Source of the DNA: Chrysomallon squamiferum
Lineage: Eukaryota > Animalia > Mollusca
DNA: 64,000 nucleotides
Assembly: GCA_012295275.1 (NCBI GenBank)
Contig: CM022669.1
Span: forward strand, 5,270,001 to 5,334,000
Direction of reading: 5' to 3'
Position numbers and translations under genes: made by a program. The number at the start of each line of letters is the position of its first letter. Position 1 is the stretch's first letter. The notes under the pieces are model-generated. The model made no database searches and had not been told where the DNA came from. It saw only the letters and a list, made by a program, of their open reading frames with translations. Below, piece after piece: positions 40,448-50,600 of this stretch.

Positions 40448-43297
40448 GTTAGCTGAATTGATCAAATCACCACAAAGAGCTCTGAACAAGATCAAATAAA
40501 ATGACCGAGTGCTATAAACAAACAGTTCTGCACTGTAATTTTATTATTCATCATTTCTACATTTATTAAATATTATTTTTAAATTGAAATTTTAATATAT
40601 AAATATTAAAAAAAAAAAAATAATAATAATAATCTACTAATGCCACAATTCTGTGCACTGATTAGGTGAAATATGTATATTTTTATATAGGCACATTCCA
40701 AAAGACAGTAAAGTATTTTCACAGCTTTTGACAGATCAGTAATGGGCACCAAGTAGAACAGGAAAAAGCCAATCAAGATCATTTGCTACCCACAACCAGG
40801 AAAGTGCAGTTGTTGACATATTCCACTTAATTATGTCTCTGTTGCTCAAGACTCACAGGTCGTGGGTTCAAATCCTGGTACTATATTTTTACTTCTCTGT
40901 TACTAATCTTCAAAGTATTAATACTGTACAGAAGAAACAACCCAGGCATGTAAATTGTGAGCAAAGAATAAAAACACACTTGAGGCATCTGTAAATGTAA
41001 AATTTCTGCAAATAGTTTGTAGACTGATATCTATTAAACTACAGACAAAATACTACAACGACCTTTCTGTAACTAATCTGTAACAAAATAAACATTTTAT
41101 ATGCAGAAAATTCAGCTTTTAACTGAAAAACAGAATTAAAAACAAAAAAATACTGAAGCATATTTATTCATCATACAGTTTATGAAAATACATAGTTTTC
41201 ATACACTTAATAAAAATAACACACACTCACTATGATTTACATGTCATCACACCACCAAAATCAGACCACATTAAAAAATGACAAATTTAATGACATGAAA
41301 TATGCAATCTGTCAACACAATGCAAGAGTCAACAACAAATTATTAATAAAATGTGTTACCCCCCTCCCTGAATTTCAAATTGCTAATCTGTAATTACTAT
41401 GAAATATTAGATGTGCGGTCAGTCTTTATCAATGTATCTAAATCTATGTAGAAGTATATGCAGTTTAAATGCAGATGTATGTTGCAGTAAGTATATATAT
41501 TTTTTTCTCTTAACTGTCTGTTGCAAGGGATTTTTCATTACCAAAATTCTGATAGAAACATTATTAAGTTAATATTATGATTATACATTCTTTAATATAG
41601 AATTTTAAGCATGCTTCAGTAAGGTAATTGTTCAAGAATATCTGTATTAGAAGTAACTAATAACTATGACAGAATGTTTTACTCAAACATGAGAAGGGAA
41701 GAAAAAAAGTTGCTGTACAGAAAAATCCACTTGTGTCTTGCAAAATTAATTTAATGCAGGAAACAAGTTTCCTGTTCAGTATGTTGTTTTTTTGGTTTGT
41801 TTTTTAATTAATTATATTTTATTTATATCTAAGCATGTGTGTGTGTATGTTAAATACTAATTTCTAACTGAACAATAAAGAACATAATCTAATTTGAAAA
41901 TACACATTCATACTAAGGATAAATAAAAATTACTTTCTCATAGTATTTTGAGTATATATTAATTATTAAATAAGTACTACAAGAAAATTATTACGACAAC
42001 TTTATTTTTCAATAATAAATTACCAGAAATTTTAAAGAATATCTGTTATGTTATTATTGTTTCTCTTTTTTTCTCTTTTTCGTAATGATAAATTAACTAC
42101 ATTATCCTAGATTACAATAGTATAAATATATATATATATATATAAAAATAAATAAATTAAAAGATTCTGCATCAATTTCAACCAGATTTCTAACTACCAC
42201 AGGAAATTAATGGGTTTGTTTTCATCATAGTATTTTCTTAAAAACAAACTCAATCTCCACACTTAATAAAACATTCATAACTATGGAATCTAATGAATAG
42301 TGGTAGGACTTCTTTTTCCCGTTTTCAGACTACTACTGAAATGCATTTAAAATATATTAACTAGACATTACAGCAGTGTACAAGCTAAACAGCAAGAAAG
42401 AAAATAAATAAATGAATAAATAAATAAAAATAATTTTTGACAATACACAAATTATTATTTTTTTTCTTATACATATCTCAAACATGATGACCTGTGAAAG
42501 AAAACTCAAGTAGCAATTTTTAAAATGTATTTATAGCAGTATATTTTACTTTTATACACTTCTGTTCATTGACAGAAAAGATTAAAGCAAAACCTTGGTT
42601 AGGCAGTCATGGGCTGAGGCTATCAAACTTTACACCAGATATACAGTGTTTGAACTAAACTATTCCCAAACCATAAAAAAAAAACCCATTTAATATCCCA
42701 TATTATACAGTAATGGTTTTAAAAATATATACTTCATAAAACAAGTTTAATAAAACATCTATAAAATATTTGATAAATGCTCATGTAATGGTATGGAACA
42801 AACAGAAAAATGACATTTGATAGAGTTAACTATGACATATTACAGTATGAAGTTAATGTTATAATGTTAGTGACCTAAATATGAATGAAAAATTTATATA
42901 ATAAATAAATAAATAATAATTAAATATTTGCTACTATAATAAATCTTTTTTTAGTGTTATACACATTCTTTGTTTACAGCTAAAACCAGTGAAGATTACA
43001 TTTTTGAGATAAGAACTGATCATAAGGACATAAAATATAATAGATACATTTGTATGTGTTTTTGTATATCTCAATGTACACATATACCCACAGTTTTTCA
43101 TTAGCAACAATGGAATTTTAAACAGAACATCCTATGTTAAAACTATATACATATTGAGTTATTATGCTAGTGTTGATTTTATTTATCATTACAAGAATAT
43201 TAAATGATATAATAAGTCTGTTTCCCTGAAAAATTATATTTTATGTATGGATTATGTCCATGTTTCATTACAGAGACAACTTTTATTATTAAATTTT

Positions 43298-43342
<45 letters not shown>

Positions 43343-43347
43343 TATTA

Positions 43348-43378
<31 letters not shown>

Positions 43379-43469
43379 TTTATAATTGTTTTATTCCTTT
43401 TTATTGTTTTATTCCTTTTTATTACAATCATCGTCAAATTATATTTCACTAATATATGAAAAATAATTT

Positions 43470-44055
43470 CCTCACGTTTTGGTTTGCCATACTAATCTAT
43501 CTAGCAATTAGCATCAATGAATGCATAATAGATTTTTGATTTTTCGAATTTTGTTCATTTTTCAAAATCGAATTTGGACAAGTGCTCACACATTGACTGA
43601 TTAAAAGTGCATATCTTGACAGAACGTCGCAATTTCAATGACACCTGGAGAAACGGTGCAACTGGGATAACTAAGGCTATTCAGTGTGAAGCATATTATA
43701 TTTTAATTATAACGAAATACACTTTAAGTCTTACCCAAAACTCATCTTGCAGCATTGTTTTACAGAAGTGTCAGAACACAGGAAGTATATGTACACAAAC
43801 TGAGCATTATGGGAAAATTAATAATTCTTCGACTGGGTTTCAACACATGTTGTTTACAATATTCTGTCAATGAAGCGCATTTGTGCAAAGAAATTGATCG
43901 GTCGGTTTCTTCAGGAAGCTTTGTCTGCCATTTGTGCTTCATGGTGGGAATTTTCTCAATGTTTTTAGTAGGAAAACAATAGCAATTACTTTCCTTACAT
44001 GTTGGACATTATTGTTCTGCAATCATAGTTTCAACACTGGTACAGTTGGCAAATA
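43470..44055. promoter_or_regulatory. Putative bidirectional promoter / 5' UTR region between Homer (-) and ARNT (+)
   Basis: A local CpG cluster in otherwise CpG-poor DNA sits just upstream of the ARNT ATG. A minus-strand donor AAC|gtgagg at 43476/43475 may end a Homer leader exon. The TSSs are inferred, not seen. Confidence 0.45.
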
Positions 44056-44603
44056 ATGGCGACTATTACTGTGTCGCCAGGACCTTCAGGGTCAGGTAAG
44101 TTGACCAATGCATTTGGATTCATCATTCAGGATTGGGTGTTTTCTAGATAATTAGAGTTAATTATTAACAACATTTTTAGCTATTTAATATTTTCCTGTT
44201 GCATTAATAGTAATTGATAGATACCTAATTTGAGTCTAGAATGAACAAAAAACCCCATTGGTGTGAAGTATATGCATTAATTTTGTGGTCATTATTAGGT
44301 TAGAGGTTAAGGTCATTGCTGCTAAATTTAGAATCCATTTGCATGATTTGGAAGTCATTTGTTATTATAATGACGTTATTTTTGTGTTGCTATTGAATTT
44401 AAATTCTAAACTAATTATTATCTGTGACACACTGATAGTCATTCTAATTCTGTCAATAAAGAAAAATTACCAATTAAATATTAATATCAACCAAACTTAA
44501 AATAAATAGATTTTTTATTATACCAGTTTTAAAATACTGCACAATATTTTTTTTTATAAAACATTTGATTTAAAAAAATATATAAAAATAATTAATAATA
44601 TTT

Positions 44604-44641
<38 letters not shown>

Positions 44642-47600
44642 GTAAATGTCTAGAAAAATCAGTGAAATAATAATAACTATATATTTAAAAATAATAATAA
44701 TAAAAATAATAATAATAACAATTATAGATATATTAACTACAATAGAATTCAAGTGAAACCAGTATAATTAAAATCAGTAAAGCTAAAAAATTAGTAGTAC
44801 ATAAGTGTAAAAATAAATAATAAAATATATATATGTATGTATTTATATATTGTTCAGAAAACTAAACTGTTTCTCATGAAAGTAATAGAATATGATATTT
44901 ATAGATTTCAAGAAAAAGAAAGTAATTAAAAATATTTTTATGGTAATAATTAGGAATAACAAAATGATTGGAAGTTGAAAGAGTTCCTGTTATTGATAAT
45001 AAGGAATGGCAGACTTAACAATTAATAGATTAAAGAAAAATATGTGTTAGTCATCTTTCAAATTATTTTGAGGTCAGTTTTCTGATAAAGAAAACAAATA
45101 ATGCACATAGTTTAGATTTTTAGGTTAACCATAGAAACTAAAAAAATGTATTCTAGTTTTTAACTGAATTATTAAATAATATTAATGATTTTGGAAAAAA
45201 GAGCAACGTTGCACAAATAATATTGGTCATATCATGACTATTATATAAATTTATGTATAATTTAATTAGAAAAATAAAAAATGAGAGATATTAATGATAT
45301 ATATCTGCCTATTCAGTAGGCCATTTTAAAAATAAAATTGTGAAATGACATTTACACATACAAAGAAAAATAAACTTAAAAGATGAGGAGCATAATAATA
45401 ATGAAATAAAAACAAATGAACAGCTATGGATGGTGCTGATAGAATTAATATTCTAATTTCTACAGTATGGCATGGAATTTGTATGATGGAGAAACCTAAG
45501 TAACCCATTTGTGTCCATATCCTAATTTAACATTATCCAAACATTTTTGTTCACTTATAAAAACTAATACGTTCCAAGAAATAAAATCTATGCTGTTTCC
45601 TCTAAACTGATTTCAGAAAAACAACAATATTTTACAGTATTATTTTATGTCTATATTGTTTTTGATGTTGATTATCAGTATAGTTCATACAAAGATAATG
45701 CAAGAAAATTATGCTATGTAAACTTGTAACAGTTAACTAATTAAATAATTTATTTCATTTAAAAGTAAACAGAATTAACATGATGTTACTTGACAATACA
45801 AATTCCTTTCTTGTTTTTATTATATTCTCTTTTATTTTCCATTCTATATTTATTTGTTATGAATGATACAACTGAAAGCTGTGGGATTGTGTGGTGATTT
45901 TATTTTTTATTTTCCACAGGATAATTATCACTAACATAATAATATTCTTGGATCCATATGCACATATCTATATATTTAATTATGACATTAATGATTAAAT
46001 CATTAATCATTTTTGAAAGAATGAAAGTGAAAATCTTTTTATTATTTTGTTTATGTATTTTGTTTAATATCCATATGTGACCTTGAGGTTTGAAAACCAT
46101 TATATTAAGATATTCTTTTTAAAAAAAATAAAAAAAAAAACCCCCAAACAAACTTAATAAATATAAATTTCTAAAACGTTTTGGATTTTTTTTTAATTTT
46201 TTTATAATATATCAGTGTAATGTTAAAATGAAGCCAAACAGTTTAACCATCTGAATCACATTACCATTAGTTTATCTTATTATTTTAATTTTTAAACTTT
46301 TTTTAAAATGGATATATTTTCTTCAATTTTTGAAATATGTATTTTCTTATTTCTTAATAGGGACACCTGACAGTGGTAAGGGGGCTCGTAAGAGAAAGCC
46401 AGGAAGAGAGTGAGTAACAGTTTTTTAATCCCTCAGTGTTTTTGTCACTATGTTTTTAAAGCAGTCATTGTATTTTATTACATTGTTAATGAATATTATT
46501 TTTGTTTTTAATGTGTATGTGTTTTGTATAATGACTAGATATCATCTACTTAATCAGTCATTTTTTATTATTTTTTAAAATATTTAGTATCCATTATTAG
46601 GACATTCTACAATAGATTTGGAAGTACACATACGTTTGCTTCTAGAACAGTACTGAAGAATAGCTATTGTGTTCTGCTTGTGTATTTGTGTATGAGTATT
46701 TTGTAATTAACATAGAGTTGTATTGCTTATCTCTAGCTCTGATGATGAAGACAGCCAGACTGGGTCATTTGGTGGAAGTGGTGAACATGGCGACAAAGAA
46801 AGGTTTGCTAGGTATTGTGTCCATCTTATTCTATACATTGAACACTTCAAACCAGAGTTTGAGAGTATTTTCTGGATAATCTAGGAGATGTGCATTCATT
46901 AGTTTATGCAAGTTTTCACAATTTTTTAAAAATACATAATGATTTGGAAAAACTGTATTTTGATAACAAATCCAGAAATGTTAAAAGACATTAACTGAAC
47001 ATTCAGTATGAATTTCATATTAACAGTGTTATTTCTTAAATGTTTAAAAGAAAATGGTACTTCTTAAACTATCCTGAATATTGATGAAAAGATAATAACA
47101 GATTATGAGTTAACAGAATTTCTTGAGAGTTTGCAGGGTTAACCACAAATCAGTTAATAAATTTCAGTCCTTATTTATACATACACTATCTGCTGAGACA
47201 AGTAATGCTAAGGTTTTGGTTACACATTTTAGTCATAATATCACTGACAATATTCATTTACCACATTTTCATATCATATAGGTTTTTAGTTGATTTCATT
47301 ATTTTCTTCTTTAAATTGAATATAATTAATATATCATTCAATTTATTGATATAATTATCAAATTTACTAACATAAATATTCCTTTTGCACACCCCTTATG
47401 TATGATAAATGTGTTGTATATATTTAATTTAAAGGTATCTCTATTCTGGAAAGTTGATTTTATTAATTTTAATAATTAAAATTAGTATATTTGTAAGAAA
47501 TAATTTATTATTTTAGTTGGTGCATTATATTTTATTTCAGGTTTTTAATACTAGTAAATTATATAACTTGTGGCATTTTTTAGAATTTGTTTCTTTATTT

Positions 47601-50600
47601 TTCATTTAGTTTTTTAAATATTTTTAAATTTATTTATTATTTTCCATTACCTTTTATTTTAAGTGAGGTAAATCTCATGTTAATAAATAATTAGTGGCAG
47701 AATAATCAAAAGCAATTATGGAATTATTCAGTAAGGAAAAGATTACTTTGGAAAAATGAAGGGGGATAATTTACAACTGATGATTTCAGGGTTTAAAATT
47801 TACAACAGAAATTTAGTTTGGATAAATATTTACATTTTTCTTAAATGGAATTATTTATTAAAGTTGTAAAAATGTCTCAGGATTATGATCAGAACTAAAA
47901 TTTGTTACACTGTTTAATGATTCTTGATAGCACATTAGTGATTAAATGAGACTATTGAAAGACAAATTCAGTAAGATCAAGAATTTAAAATTATAAAACG
48001 AAACATTTTTTTATATAATACGTCCATAATTGATATTTAGTTTCTGTGTAACAGGATGACTAAGGTTTGGTTGGATATTTTATGGGATTATCCCACAGTG
48101 TTTTTACATGTAACATTTTTAGGGAAAGCCACTGTGAGATTGAACGTCGCCGTAGAAACAAGATGGCTCACTACATCAATGAGCTGTGTGACATGGTACC
48201 CACGTGTAGCCATTTGTCACGAAAACCTGACAAGCTGACTATTCTCCGAATGGCAATTTCCTACATGGAAAAACTGCGAGGTGATGTTACGCAAGCACGT
48301 GTGTCTGTCGGCACTCTTTTTTTTTTGTGATTTTTGTTTTAATTTTGTTTTCTTTATTCTGTCACCCTTGGTTCCTTGCTGCTGTGGTGTGCCAGATGAA
48401 AATAAACAACATTCAGCCAGTGTGAAATCTTTGTAAATAACATTAGAGTTTGCATTAGTTGAAATACTCATTTCATATTTTTTTTTTTTTTTTTTTTTTT
48501 TTTGTGGTTTTAAAAAACAAAATAGTTACTAACCTCGATCATTTAGCTGGTGAGTTGTTGTTGATTTCTTGTGTCGAGCGTTGGGTCTGGTTTCTGTTTT
48601 GCAGAGAGAGTCATTGTGAGATAGAGAGGCGGCGAAGGAACAAAATCACATCATACTTCAGCGAGCTGTGTGACATGGTGCCCACCGTCAGTCAGCTGTC
48701 TCGCAAACCCGACAAACTGACCATTCTCAGGATGGCAGTCTCCCATGTGAAATCTCTAAAAGGTGCCGCCTGCCACCACCCACCTCAGTCTCACCCACCC
48801 TTGTTAATTGGATTTTATTACTTACCTTTTTCCAACAAAAGCTGTCTGGTACATATTTTTAGAAAGAACAAAACAACAAATGATAAAAATTGTCCGGGAT
48901 TTCCACTTGGTTGATAAAAATTTACACCCTGGGGCAGTGATGTTTATGGTTACTTTTTTTCCACGGCTGTTCATTGTTCAATCTCAAAGTGGCATTTGTC
49001 ACTGGTGGCATATTTGTTTGTCTTTTCAGTTTTACAAATTGTAAATCTGAGCAGTGTGAAAACAAAACAAAAAAAGGTGTCCTTGAGGCCTCATTTCTCT
49101 GCACAATTGGACTCAGTAACTCTACAAATGGGATCTGGTTTATATTTCCAGGGAGAGTCATTGTGAGATTGAACGCCGCCGTCGAAATAAAATGACATCA
49201 TACATCAATGAACTGTGTGATATGGTCCCCACATGTAGCCAGTTGGCAAGGAAACCCGACAAATTGACAATTCTACGAATGGCTGTTTCTCACATGAAGA
49301 ATCTTCGAGGTGACACAAGTAACTTGCTCACCAGTCTCATATCACTCACAATCTATGCTTCCAAAACTTAATAAAACATTACATGCTAACATTTATTTCT
49401 TATTTGATAATCAGGGTATTATATTAAAAAAAACAAAAAAAAACAATAATAACAATAAAAACAAATTGTATAATTAAAATTGTAAGCATGTGTCTTGTGT
49501 CAAACAGCTTGCATTTAGAGTAAGCATGTTTTGTTTTTTTAAAAACAAAATTTGGTCTCCATTTAGAAAGCTTTATTTATCAATTTCACAAAGTAACTTG
49601 AGGATTAACACAGCATTAGCAGCTTGTCTGTACTAGTCACTAATTTTGGTTTCTTTGACCTAACAGCTTTTGATGGAACCAGGGGTGTCAGAATTAACAA
49701 GGGTGCTGCCACTGATGTTGTGTGTTTTTCTGTTTTTTTTTGTATTAATATCACATAACCAGTAACAATAAACTAACATGTATGTGTGTGAAAGATGAAA
49801 ATGTGTCAGTAAAATTTGTTATCACATTTTAAGCCTTCATGTCTACATTTTTTCTGGTGCCAACAAACGTTTTAATTTAAGGAAAAAGTAATTTTAATAC
49901 ATCATACGTATTATTACTTTTTCTTTTCTTCAGATAAAGAAACTGTTACAGATTTATAGTTATGGCATAACAGATAAATATTTAAAAAAAATTTATTATG
50001 AAGCATTTAAAAAAAAAATTATGTATTTTATATTAATCACTTTTCTCATACAGAATATTATTACTGACATTATTATTGCTGATATTGTTTTGTTGGTTGC
50101 ACACTTTTTAAAACATATCATTTAGTAATTATATAATTTTTGTTTTGACTCTGATGTTACTTAATGAAAGATGAGGGTTTAGCTCAGTGATGAGATGATA
50201 TATTCACCTATTTCCCTTTGCCTTCAATATCCTGTGACTGGTTTATCAAAAACTCAACTGAGAATGAATATTTAAAACCAGTCCCTGCTTATCTGTAATA
50301 ATTAACCACAGAGTGGCAGGCATCCACAGGTTTCTTCTTATGTATAAAAACAGTCTAAAAAATCCTTTAATTTAGACTTGAACAAATGTTCATTCTTTCT
50401 GACTGCTATTGTAGGTACGGGGAACACTTCAAGTGATGGGTCATACAAACCTTCATTTCTCACAGATCAGGAGCTCAAACATCTCATTCTTGAGGTTTGT
50501 CAAATAACCCTGTCTTCAGAATATTAAGTAGATTTATCTTTTTAAATATAAACATTATTGTTAAAACAGAGGCCAGAGTTATTGATATATTTTGACTGGT

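Noticed and set aside
40845-40880. tRNA gene (ggtcgtgggttcaaatcctgg, B-box/T-arm-like)
   Set aside because: No acceptor stem, D-arm or A-box; at most a SINE head fragment.
48201-48301. Two CACGTG E-boxes in and just after exon A as ARNT autoregulation sites
   Set aside because: One is constrained by coding sequence, and two hexamers alone are not evidence.
48123-48762. Exons A and B as pseudo-exons or separate mini-genes (ORF track 48067-48330, 48459-48914)
   Set aside because: Exact length and phase, intact splice sites and an invariant basic region despite synonymous divergence argue for functional alternative exons. The ORF flanks are intron read-through.
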